Below, in pieces: positions 1-11,760 of a stretch of DNA of 64,000 nt. The first letter of the stretch is position 1, and the number at the start of each line of letters is the position of its first letter. The DNA comes from Stylophora pistillata (Eukaryota). The stretch lies in assembly GCF_002571385.2 (NCBI RefSeq), contig NW_019217852.1, forward strand, positions 340,134 through 404,133. Direction: 5' to 3'. The notes beneath the pieces are model-generated. The model was not told the DNA's origin, did no database searches, and worked only from the letters and a program-made list of their open reading frames with translations. The translations under genes were made by a program, and so were the position numbers.

Positions 1-439
1 CAAACTTTATTTCAAGCATAAAAGATTGCACTTGATGTAAAATAATGGTTGTGAGGATGTAAAAATAATGTTTTTTCGAGGCACTATTAAGGAATGGTCG
101 TGATCAGGTTTCATGCAGGAATTAGAAAAAAAAATTTCATTTCACAAATCACAAATTTAGAAGGGGAAAACTATAAATCTAGATTTACCATTCCTTTCTT
201 CAAAATTCACATGTCACATGAATCAAGTTTTAAACTTTTTGGCATCTTCTTTAGAAAGTTGAATTTAATTGAAACATTTTGTTATGTGCATTATCCCAAT
301 AGGCAGCAGCTGAAAATGTCACTTTTTGTTATTGTGTGAACTTTGAGAGAGGCTTGAATTATTTGATTACTTAAACTTTGTGAAATACTTTCATTGATGG
401 TGGTTACATAATTGAACTCTTCTTGATATTTATAAATCC

Positions 440-885
440 CTCATGGCACCTTTTATAACATATATGCATTAACTTCTTGGAGAACTGCATCTAAGACCTT
501 GTTAAATAGTATTCTTGTCTCACAAAAACGCGTACTCCGTCTTATCCACTTTGCCCCAGTAAGGGAGCATGCAATACCCTTTTTTTTAAAAGCAAAACTT
601 CTTCCACTAGAATTCCGATATTATGAAAAAATTGCTAATCTAATGAATGACATTAATACTACTTCTGCACCAAGTAATATTTCGAATTTGTTTCTAAAAT
701 TTCCAGCGTTCACTCTTACGGCACACATTCATCAACTTTTGAGCATTTTTATACTAAAAAATCTGCGCTTAATGTTCAAAGTAAGGCTTTTTCACGTATT
801 GGCATTAAAATCTGGAATGGGATATCAACTAGTCTTAAAAACTTATCCAAGAACTCTTTTAAAAAATCCATTAGAACAAAATTGA
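440..885 (+). mobile_element. Degenerate non-LTR retrotransposon (CR1/L2-like) 3' fragment
   Basis: ORF 499..885 reads ILVSQKRVLRLIHFAPVREHAIPFFLKAKLLPL, typical of the region C-terminal to the RT domain; frame-disrupted; boundaries approximate. Confidence 0.7.
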
Positions 886-2679
886 AGTTCTAGAAACTGA
901 AAACTCCTATGTTGAAATAGATACTCTAATTAATAAGATGAAAGTTAACTTCTAACTGTAATTATGTTTAGTCTGTAGTCGACTCCTAGAAAGGTCAAAT
1001 AGATACTTAAATTAATACTTGATGAAAGGTTAATTTCTAACTGTAATTTGTTTAGTCGCTAGTCTCTTTCTAAGTCTGTAGTTTTCCTTTTTCTGCTCTC
1101 ATGTTGTAATTGTATGTGAATATTATTATGTAAAATTGAGTAAAATTACTTTTCAATTGTCTGGCTTGCTGCAACTAGCTCTTCGCTATTTGCAAGCCAG
1201 CATAGTAATAACCACCTGATATTTACTTGGAAATAAAAACTTGGAACTTGGAACATACTCTTATTCTGTTTAAGTATATATCTGTATCCGTCATATCTGT
1301 AGGCATATTCTTGTATTAAATATTTTCTTTGGTACTGAGAAGGAGAATACACATTCAAATTTCTTAGTTTGGCCATCATTTCCTTTATTCTCGTGGTCTT
1401 TATAATGAATCAGAATGATTCAACCGTAGTACTATAAGGAAAAATTAGATACTGATAACTCTTGGGATTTAAAGAAGTAAAAATAAAACTTGCCACAAAG
1501 CACCTTGGTGTCCACTTTGACTGTGTGGTCAGATAATCATATTAGTATACCAGAGCCCAGTTGTTTGAAGGCCAATTAGTGCTAAACCAAGGATGAATTT
1601 TAATGTGGGTTTCTTTATTTTATGTTCAAAAGCCTATTTGGGATTATTTTTCCCTATTCTTTTGCAGCATCCAATTATCAACTTGTAGACAAAAAGAATT
1701 CTACTGAAGTTTCTTTTAAAGTTTTCAGATCTTAAATCAGTTTCCACACTAACCCTGGGTTAACTTGACCCTGCTAATTGAACCATACCAGTACATTAAG
1801 TTTGAAAAAAGTTAATCAGCAACTTTGGTGTTTCTTTAAAGGAGAGTCTCACCAATGAATATTCAAACTTTGCTGCAGGTTTAATATTTTTCTTTGTTTC
1901 AAGCCAGAAGTTTTTTCAATTGTAAAGTTAAGCTAACCCAGATTGTATAATGGATTTAAGTCAAAGTTACAAATAAGTAACAGCAAAGAAAGAAGAAAAC
2001 TCAGAGTAGGGCTTACTGGTCAAGTGGCTTTTATAATTGTAAAATTGGTTTGAGAGAAGGCATAGGGAGATCCACTCTAAATCCAGAAAGAGCAGAAAGT
2101 AATTTTTTTTCTTTGTAGAATATGTTGAATTATCTTTATTCCCACTCCTAACACAGAGGAAATTTTGTTTGAAATCTCCTTCCCCCTTCCCCCTTCCCCC
2201 ATCCTTGGAAAGAGATTTCATTCCAAGTGACCCTCAAGGGATGAGTAGGGAAATTTCCAGGAGTCACAAACAGTGGACAGGTTTTAAGTTCAACTTTACT
2301 CTGTGGCAGTGCAAGTCCCCTGATGAAGATCTCAAGGTTACCTTGGGTCAGTGATGTTCCACTGCATAAGCTCAACAGGGAAGGAATTAATAATTCAGCT
2401 AATTTCAGAAATAAGCTGTACACAAGGAATGTCAAGATCCCTGCCCACCAAGAGTAATAAATTTTGCAATACGTTTTCAGTCTTTGTAATACCCCTGTAT
2501 GATATATTGTCTCTCCATGAAGGTGCTTCCTTCCCCCCAAAGAGAAGATTGATCAGGTAAACAAACTAATTCCCTTCTTGGCAAGCATTATGAAATCTGC
2601 TCCTTCTTTGTGATTAAGTGAATGCCCTGGTTTTGATAAGCCAAATGTTTTCCACTTGATAGGTTTATTTATTAATAAT

Positions 2680-3247
2680 TTTACTACAACGCCAGTACTC
2701 CGATTCAGAATTCAAATCTCTAGTTATTGAAAAAACAATCTGAATCTTAACGTTACTACTAATACTATGTGTTAAGAATCGTGATAGCTCTTCTTTTATC
2801 CACTACTTTTCTGCTGGGAAAGACATCTCGAAACTGAAAGTTGCCGAGAGAGCAGTAATCCATCGTGTACACACTTTTACTACTACGCCGGTACTCCTTC
2901 AGAATTCAAATCGGTAGCTATTGGAAAAACAATCTGTATCTTAATGTTACTACTAATAGTATCAGTCAAGAATCTTGATAGCTAGCACATCACGTGAGCA
3001 CATCACGTGAACCACGTCAGGCTCGACGGACTTTGAACCTGTGGGGGCTTTACACAGGGTAGGGTAGGAAAGGAAAGCGTTTTCCTTTCGGTTTCTCAAT
3101 CCTATGGAAAACTTCTTTCGAAACTAAAAATTGCTGAGAGTGCACTTTCAAATTCCGAACAAATACTTTTAACTGGGGACTTTTCCCGGCCAAGGACACT
3201 CGGCTCCTGGCCAATCAAGCCGGAGTCTTTTATCTAGGGGATTCCCC
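2680..3247 (+). promoter_or_regulatory. STING-1 promoter: ISRE/IRF-like sites, tandem E-boxes, UPRE, CCAAT and two kB sites
   Basis: GAAACTGAAAG 2830-2840; TCACGTGA 2990-2997 and 3003-3010; CCACGTCA (= TGACGTGG on -) 3012-3019; TTTCCTTTCGGTTTC 3081-3095; GGGGACTTTTCCC 3175-3187; CCAAT 3211-3215; GGGGATTCCCC 3237-3247, ending 118 bp before the ATG at 3365. Confidence 0.7.
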
Positions 3248-3364
3248 AAGTAAATTGTGTCGCGAATTAAATCAATCTGCTTTACCCAATTTGCGCATTT
3301 CGGCTTGAACATCTACAAGAGTATCATAAGTATTGCGATAGATAGGAATATATTATTTTCCGCC

Positions 3365-4815
3365 ATGGCTGAGAATCTTCTACCCCGAGGAGATGACTTA
3401 GCTCAGCAAGAGAATAATGGCTTTGGACCACTTTTCAAGCGTCGTGGAAGAACTGCCGCAATCACTTCAGCTATCATAGGTGTGAGTAGTGGCGCGATGC
3501 TATTCTTAGCGGTGAAAGAGGAAGAGAAGAAGACTCACTTCCTGGTATTTACAGCAGCCCTGCTTACCCTCAGTTTCGCTTTCGGGGAGCTATTACGAAG
3601 ATTGTCCCTGGTGTCGGAAGAGATTCAACACAAACACACGCGACACCAAGGAAAGTGGAAGAGTGTTTTTAAGACAACTTTCACTTTCGACCATGGCGGG
3701 TGTATTTCACTCACCGCTATGTTTTCTGCTTTAATCTTGTGTTATCAGCTGTATGAACAATACGAGGTTTTCTCGCGTTCAGATTTCGCCATCTTGTTTT
3801 CAGTGAACTGTCTCGTGGTTCCGCAATTGTTGTTCCTTGTGGGTCTTCGACAGCTCTCTCCTGTGGAAACTTCGGATTTGAACGAAAAAGAAAATAAGAA
3901 CGTGGCCGATGGACTGGCTTGGAGCTACTACTTTGGTTATCTGAAGCTGGTGCTGCCGCATCTGAAAGATCAGATTGCCAAATCAGAGCAATTTCGATAC
4001 AAGATAAAAAAGAAAAAGCTTTTTATTTTATTGCCCAAAACGTGCTTCACCCATGCTGACATCGTTGACGCAGATCCCAGAGTAAAATGGGCGGGCAATC
4101 TGCCAGAGCTTAAGATAAGTAGGGGTGGAATTAAGGACAGAATTTATAAGCATGCGGTTCATAAGATAGAGATGCCCCGCCCAGATGGAACGATGGATGA
4201 GTACCACTTTATTCTGGAGTATGCCACATCTCTGATGACCCTTTATGATATGTCTCAGCATGCAGACGCCCCCTTAAGTCGCAAGGAGCGGGATCATCAG
4301 GTAGGATAATGTGTGGTATGTTCCCTTTGATTTTTTTTTTTTAAGATGATAGAGGACTATGATCTGATTTCTCTAAAGATTTATAAAGAATGTTGTGACT
4401 GGCCATCTTGGATATGATTTTTTGTGGACAGATGCATGTTAAGATATGTGGTTTGTTTACAGTATGCCTTATTTGGTTATCTGCTTAATCAAATATGAAG
4501 TGATTTTACTGCCTCTCAGATTTGCCTCCAACATGGCTTGTCGAGTGTTTTAATACAACACAGAGCAACACAAAACAATGCAGTCTAACTGAAACCTTTC
4601 TTCCATGTAACTTACAGGTGGTGTTGTTCATCCGAAAATTGAGGGAAATTCTGGATAAGTCTGAAGAATGTAGAGGTAGTTACGAGTTGGTGCCAATTTC
4701 AGGAAATGATCCAAATGAGATTGCAAATGTCCTGGTTGGAATGCATAATGCCGCCAACATAGAGGTGCTGGCCGGCAATCATGATCAAGCCAATGGAGTA
4801 ATCAGACCAGAGTAG
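3365..4815 (+). CDS. STING1: Stimulator of interferon genes paralogue 1 (TM-STING, 377 aa, two exons, no vertebrate-type C-terminal tail)
   Basis: Exon 1 3365-4300 (GCCATGG start), GT..AG intron 4301-4617 in phase 0, exon 2 4618-4815 (TAG). N-terminal hydrophobic helices, then [37 protein letters not shown] and ILEYAT motifs of the STING cyclic-dinucleotide-binding domain. Confidence 0.96.
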
Positions 4816-5705
4816 TGACAGTTTTATAAAGCAATGTTAATTCATTGTTGAGAACTCTGTAACATGTTACATAAAATTGCTGATGTATCATAGGTAAATG
4901 TTACATTCATCTAGGAATTGGGCAGAATTACAAGACCCTTACTTATTTATTTTTTTCTTTTCTAAGTTATTATTAAAGTTTATAAAGAAGGATGACTTGC
5001 CATTAAATAGTACTTGTAGAAATACTGATTGTACTCTTTAAACCTTAAACTTCTTGGTTTAATCGACCACCAAAAGGTAAATTGATAATATTTTACCCCT
5101 AATATAAATTTGATTGACACATCATAGTATTTCTGTTGTTCTAAACAATCTGGGAGGCCAAAAAGTTTTATGCATGTTTAAGAGAGAGATCAAGTATCCC
5201 TGTTCTTTATATGACCAAAAGGGACTTGATCTGTAACTTAATCATGTAGAGAGCCCAAACTAGTTGAACTGAATAAATGAAAATACCATATTATCTTCAC
5301 ATGTGAAAATAACACCATTACTATGGTTGCATAATAAATTGCACCTTTGACAGTGAAAGTGAAATGGTTTGATTTTTCATTGGTGTAAATATAATAAATA
5401 GAATATTACATGGCTGCTTAGAAATAGAAAATTTCTCTTCTCATGTTGATATTTTAGCTGTTCGCTTTGCTCACTCATGAAACATTTTTCAACACTTGAA
5501 GAGAAGTTTTGTATCTCTGCATGGCCGTGTAGTATTCTCTTTTTATTGGATGAAGATGGTTGTTGCACTCTAATTCTATGAGCATATTATTAAGAATGAA
5601 ACTCACCACAATGCACTTCATAACTTTGTGCATTCAGTTATTGAATATGGATAATTGTGCTGTTCTGTGCTTCTTTATAATAAAATAATTTATTTGTGTT
5701 TTTCT

Positions 5706-5836
5706 CGTTGCCATGTTCCCACCAACCCACAATTCCTCTATTCGCTCCGACAAAGGGCTAACGCTCGAAACGTCAGCTTTTGTAATCATTATGGTGGCCA
5801 ATTTACCATTTCAACTTTGTCGATATATCCAAATTA
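5706..5836 (+). mobile_element. Penelope-like terminal-repeat fragment with degenerate hammerhead motif
   Basis: cacaattcctctattcgctccgacaaagggctaacgctcgaaacgtcagc...ggtggccaatttaccatttcaac; same family at 18040-18290, 19321-19570 and the end of 22630-23130, the last attached to a GIY-YIG remnant. Confidence 0.65.
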
Positions 5837-7886
5837 TTTCTTTTATAATAAACCCTTGACACCCTAATGTAAGTATGCAGATTCCCCACCGTTTCTATGG
5901 TATAATGACAGGGAGAATTTTTTTGACAATCAGGAACTTCTTAAATTGGTTTAACACCTTTTTCTTTCATATCAGAAGTCCTTTCATGCAGTGTAAGATA
6001 TCTACATTGTACTATCAGTTAAAATTTTCTATTTTCAATAAACAGTAACCACTAAGAAAGATGTAAACTTAGGGAAAGCTTTTAAGTGATCAATTAGCCT
6101 TAATTGTAAGATCGTTTTGAAATAATTCATGCGAAGTCCACTCCCCCCTCCTCAAACCCTGCAGGTGCAGAAATTCTTTAAGCCTGCTGTGGATTATTTT
6201 GAAATATCCTAATCCTTACTGCTCTCACAAAGACAGTTTTGTTTTGGAATCCCTTCTCCCAAAAAGATTTTTCCTTGGAATAGGTTTTCATTTACCTAAT
6301 TTATATTTAAGAAAATTAGGGGTATTCTAGATTTCAAGTGATTGAGATGACCTCAAAATAATCCCTAGGGCTTCAAACAAAACCCCATTAAATCCCTGGA
6401 CCAAACTAAAGTTTGGTTTTATTTTATTCATAGAACTACAAGCCTGGTCAGGTCAATCTTCAGATTGTTTTGAATACCTGAAAAAGCCCTACTCAATTCA
6501 AGCTAACCAAAACAAAAAATACTTGACAGAATTTTATTACCTATAAAATCTAGATATTGAAAAATTTCACTAAATACTTCTTTATTTCACAGTATTCTTT
6601 CAGTCATGTATTTAATGTCCCTGTGTAATTTTTTCTTTAGGAAGGTGCTCCCTTCCTCCCAAGAGAAAAGTGATAACCTTAAATAATTTTAAATCTGAAT
6701 CCTCCTTGTTATCAAGTGAATACCCTTGGTGTTAATGAGCTCTCTGTTTTCTTTTAATCTCCAACTCCCAAGATCTGATTACTACTTCTCTCCTCTAGCT
6801 GCTACACCTGTTAATTAATCACAAGAATTTGGTGTTAGATTAATAATGGTAATTGAACTGAGTGGAGTGCAATTTGGGCTGAAATCATACGCATGATTTG
6901 AAATCACAAGTATGATTTCAGACCAAAATTGCACAACACGAGGTTCAATTACCGCTTTATTACATCCATTTTGAAATCGCCCAAATACAGGACTAATGGT
7001 GGATTAACATATTTTATTGATGCTGTACTGAGCCGGTTTTGAAATAAAAAGAGGAAGCGGAGACGCTTTTGCATCTTATTTTGTATGCAAAACAGAAAGA
7101 CTGACGTCATGTGTCAAAAACTCAGTCAAGCGTAAAATGATGCGATTTAGAGCAAAAAATGGTGCGATTCCTGAATAAACCGCACCAATTAGAGCCAATC
7201 AGATTACAGGGACCACCCGTGATTTAACAACTTCTGCCTCATAGGTTTGAGTATTCTCATCACCTGTTTGCTGGTTAATGGACAGATATTATAGGGAGAA
7301 GTTACATGTTAATAACCTCTGGGAGTTGACGGGTTAAAACGTATGGTTTATTAACAATTTTACTTCAACGCTAATACCCAAAGCAGAATCCAAATCCAAA
7401 GTTATTGCAAAGACAATCTGAATCTGAAGGTTACTAAAAATAACATCGGTCAAGAATCGTGACAAGATGATAAGACTGATAGCACTTCTTTTATCCTAGA
7501 ACACACCTCAAATTGAATTGGTCCACAGTATCACTTGCAGCCCACCCCTGGTATTTTTTCGAAACTCTGAGTCTTTATCATCATTGAAGTCACAATCGTA
7601 ACATTTCATGCCATTCGCCTCGCAAGGTGGCGTGTGCTTCAGGTAAGATCAACAGAAGTATGTGTAGGTGCATTTTCTGGTGGAACTGGGAAACATGATC
7701 CCATTTGGCACTAGAATAAAACGGCTCTTGATGCCCCTCGATTCTCCTCGGTGAAGTGCCGAAGTATAGCGGAGCCAGCAAGCCAATTTTAAATTCCCCT
7801 CAATATTTATGAAAGTATACCAGGTGAGAATACCATTGTAAGCCTGGAAGTGAAGTAATTTGTCTTCTGAATACGGCTATTACACA

Positions 7887-8167
7887 TCACGTGAGAACCA
7901 CATCGTGCTTGACCGACTTTCAACCTGTTGGAGCTCCACTCGGGGGTGGGAAAAGACGTCTTCCTTTCGGTTTCTCATTCCTAAGGGAAAGGTTTTTCAA
8001 AACTGAAAGTTGCTGAGAGAGCACATTTAAACATCGAACAAATAATTCAAACACTGAAGTCCTTTTCTGGGAATTTCCCTTGGGGGCTGAGCCCACTGAG
8101 CCGAAGGACAAACTGATGCTTGGCTCTTGGCCAAACGAGGCCAAAGTCTTTATTGCGGGGATTCCCC
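7887..8167 (+). promoter_or_regulatory. STING-2 promoter: E-box, ISRE-like sites, two kB sites
   Basis: TCACGTGA 7887-7894; TTTCGGTTTC 7965-7974; AAAACTGAAAG 7999-8009; GGGAATTTCC 8069-8078; GGGGATTCCCC 8157-8167, ending 115 bp before the ATG at 8282. Confidence 0.7.
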
Positions 8168-8281
8168 TGTTAAATCATGTCGCTGACTAAATCGATTTGC
8201 TTTACACAGGCTGGTGCATTTCGTTGTAAGCATCTTCACGAGTAAAACAATCGTTACGTCTGAGAGGAACATTTTTTCACC

Positions 8282-10560
8282 ATGGCTGATAATCCTCTTC
8301 CACGAGGGAATGACTTAACTCAGCAAGAGAATAATGGTTTTGGACCACTTTTCAAGCGTCGTGGAAGAACTACCACCGCTACTTCAGCTATCATGGTTGT
8401 AATTAGTGGCGCGATACTATCGCTCGCGGTGGAAGAGAAAGAAAAAAGGGAAGGGATTCATTCCCTGGTGTTTACAGCAGCCCTGCTTACCCTCAGTTTC
8501 GTTTTCGGGGAACTATTTCGAAGATTTTCCTTGGTGTTAGAAGAGATCCAACACATACGCACGAGATACCAAGGAAAGTGGAAAAGTGTTATAAACTAAG
8601 ACAACTTTCACTTTCGATCATGACAAGTGCATTTTAGTCGCGACCATCGCTGCCGCTTTCATCCTGTGTTATCAGTTGTATGAACAATACGAGGTTTTCT
8701 CTCACTCAAACTTCGCTATCTTATTTTCCCTGAACTGTTTCGTGGTTCCGCATTTGTTGTTCCTTGTGGGTCTTCGACAGCTCTCTCCTGTGGAAAAATC
8801 GGATTTGTACGAAAAAGAAAACAAGAATGTGGCCGATGGGTTAGCTAAGGGCTTCTACTTTGGTTATCTGAGGCTGGTGCTGCCGCAACTGAATGAAAAG
8901 ATTGCCGATTCAGTGGAATTTCGATATTTGTTAAACGCGAAAAAGGTTTTCATTTTACTGCCCAAAACGTGCTTCACCTGTGATAGCATCGTTGACGCAG
9001 ATTCCAGGGTAAAGTGGGCCGATGATCTCCCGCCGCTTGAAATAAGTAGAGGTGGAATTCTGAAAAGAATTTACAAGCATGCGGTTTATAAGGTAGAGAT
9101 GCCCTGCCCAGATGGAACGGTGGAAGAGTACCACTTCATTTTGGAGTATGCCATGCCTCTGATGACACTTTACGATATGTCTCAGTATGCAGACCCCCCC
9201 TTAAGTCATGAGGAACGGGGATCATCAGGTAGGCTAGTTTCTAGTACGTCCCATTTGATTTTCAAGATGATAGAGGCACTACAAACAATACTGTGACAGA
9301 TCCTTAGACAAGGTACTAATGGGTCAAGCTTTGCTGTGTATTTCTTGCTAGCCTCTCAGAAACACTACCTCATTCTACTCCATTCTGTGGCCAGTTATAG
9401 ACCCCATTTAAGTAAATTTTGGGTAAATGTAATTTTCACTATCCTAGTGTGACCGAGGCAGGTTCTGATGTTGTTATTTGAACAACGAGACAGACTTATA
9501 GCCACAATAAAATTTATTTATACAGGAAAGTACAAAAGAAATAATACTGATAAAAAGATAGGGTGATTGCAAGCAAATCCTCAGTAAAATAGGTCACTAA
9601 CTTGAGGTTACATGTACTGGAGTTACTTTTTCTGTGACCAAGAGGTTCTGAGCTTGTAAGTGCTGATCTTGACACTCTGAACTACTGAGTTAAACTAACT
9701 AACTGTACTTCTTTTATAAGGAATCGAACAATAGCAGGAAATTCTCTAAAATTTTGGAAGTTAGGTGTGATCATTCTAAAGGAAATTTATGATGCAAATC
9801 CTGTGTGTATGATAATTTGGTTATCATAGGAAATAGTTAGGTGTGATGGTGCAAAAGGAAATTTATGATGCAAATCCTGTGTGTATGATAATTTGGTTAT
9901 CATAGGAAATAGTTTCTGAAAATGTAATTCTAAAATTATAACAAAAAATATTGCAATGTCATGCACAATTGTGAGCCTGGTCACACTAGACTTAGTCACT
10001 TTCTGTTTATGCATCTACCTAACAAAGCCTTTTAAGTTGGTCATCCTAAAGTGAGTAGGCACATTTGACTGCAAATCTTTCCATTTTTAAATCCATACTT
10101 ATCATGATTTGGCTTAACCCCAAAATCCCAAAAATTTGCAATGCCATCATAAGAGCTCAATTGAAAAGCAACCCCATTATAGTAAATCCAGTTATAAAAT
10201 TGTAAATTAACCCATCCATTAGCATGTCCCCAGTAGCCAGCTTTTACTAGGAATTCCCATCTTCTTCCCCCCCCCCCCCACCCTATGTGGACTGGTCCCC
10301 ATTAATATGATTTGTTTAAGGTCAGACACAGCAGTCTCACTGAAACCTTTCTTCCATGTAATTTATAGGTGGTGTTGTTCCTCCAAAAATTGACAGAAAT
10401 TCTGGATAAGTCCGAAGAGTGCAGAGGGACTTATGAGTTAGTACCAATCTCAGGAAATGATCCACATGAGATTTCAAATGTCCTTGTTGGAATGCATAAT
10501 GCTGCCAACATAGAAGTGCACAATCCTGCACCTAATGAACTGCACAGACCAGAACAGTGA
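8282..10560 (+). pseudogene. STING paralogue 2, frameshifted in this sequence
   Basis: Colinear with STING-1: exon 1 8282-9228, intron 9229-10368, exon 2 10369-10560. A net +4 nt at about 8591-8597 (GTT ATAAACT AAG versus GTT TTT AAG) gives TAA at 8597-8599; an extra G in the run 9217-9220 (CGGGG versus CGGG) shifts the frame again just before the donor. Confidence 0.85.
9448..9985. mobile_element. Probable solo LTR inserted in the STING-2 intron
   Basis: Begins TGTGACCGAGGC and ends GCCTGGTCACA (TG...CA with short terminal inverted repeat); flanked by a CTAG duplication (9444-9447, 9986-9989); absent from the STING-1 intron; internal ~60-bp direct repeat in about 9778-9914. Confidence 0.7.
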
Positions 10561-11202
10561 CAGCTCTAAACAAAATAATTCTAACTGAATGTGAAAAAAC
10601 TCTGATATTTTGCAGGACCCCAATATAATAAATCAATAACATTCTTTAGCAATGCATGTGGGACTGAGAAGCCTTTCTTTAACTTTTTTTTTAGTTCTTA
10701 TTAACTGAGCGGGAGGTCTGTATGGGAGAATCTTGACCGAGGTCACCAGTACAGACCAAACGCAGTGAGGTCTGTACCAGCGACCGAGGTCTAGAAAGCA
10801 ACGGAACATTATATTCTTTGTATCTTTTTTTTCTAGACTGCTCTAAATGCCAGTCTAGATGGGAAAATCTAGAACGCTTTCGATATTGATTTCAGCCAAT
10901 CAAATTCGTGAATTCGGTAGTTCCCAGTCCTTGTGAGACACAGCCATATAATAACAGTGAGTATTATAGTTAACCCACAAGATGACTGATGTTAAATAGT
11001 GCTTGTAGAAATGCAGATCATTTTACTCCAAAAACCTCTTGATTTTCATTGACTAAGAAAAAAGAAACTTGTTGAAAATTATTTATTAAATTGAACCCTT
11101 ACAGCTTACTAATTGACAGCTTATAATATTTCTGTTGCTCTGAACAATATGGAATGCCAAAATGTTTTATGGAGGTTTAAGAAAGAGAACCCAGTTGTAT
11201 AT

Positions 11203-11760
11203 AGTAAGTAAGTAAGTAACAACTTTATTTACAGAGGGTAACACATAACAGTTAAAAACTGATGAACCGGTGGCCCTCTATCTTAAGTTAAAATTTTAAA
11301 AACTATTTACACTTACAAGAAAATAAAATAATAATAATAATAATAATAAAAAACCTGGATAAAATCTGGATATGCACAACTAAAAACTAAGCTAAGAGTG
11401 CTTGGATAAAAAATACTTTCGAACAGAAGATTTAAAAGAGCCAATGGAGTCTTTCTTTCGAATGTCTAAAGGAATGCTGATCCATAGTTTTGCTCCACTG
11501 GCCTGAAAAGTTTGCCCTCTTCCATTTTTCTATTATAGGAGGGGCACACTAAGTTATATTTTCTATAGCGACTGTGGTTCTGGTGTGTCGGTCTGAGTTT
11601 TTCGTTAAAAGTTCTTGTTATATAGCTCAGACAATTATTTTCATCTTTGATGTCCCTGAATATTAAACTAGTCTTTTTAAGGTTTAATTCTTCCTTAAGT
11701 GGCACCCAATCAAGTCATCTAAAAAGCATCTCACTTCTTTCACTGATATCAGCATCCAAG
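11203..11760 (-). mobile_element. Degenerate LINE 3' fragment with simple-repeat tail
   Basis: Minus-strand remnant (LDWVPLKEELNLKKTSLIFR...YNLVCPSYNR) resembles a LINE ORF2 C-terminus; followed by AATAAA and a (TTAC)n tail near 11203-11230. Confidence 0.55.

Noticed and set aside
2148-2560. Overlapping ORFs upstream of STING-1
   Set aside because: No recognisable domain or splice chain; the homologous region upstream of STING-2 does not appear to preserve a frame.
3257-3364. N-terminal extension of STING-1 in the ORF track
   Set aside because: It starts at a non-ATG codon; the ATG at 3365 has good context and aligns with the STING-2 start.
8676-9296. Independent soluble STING ligand-binding-domain gene
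   Set aside because: It begins at TTG and is just the post-frameshift part of STING-2 exon 1; no in-frame ATG precedes the ligand-binding domain.
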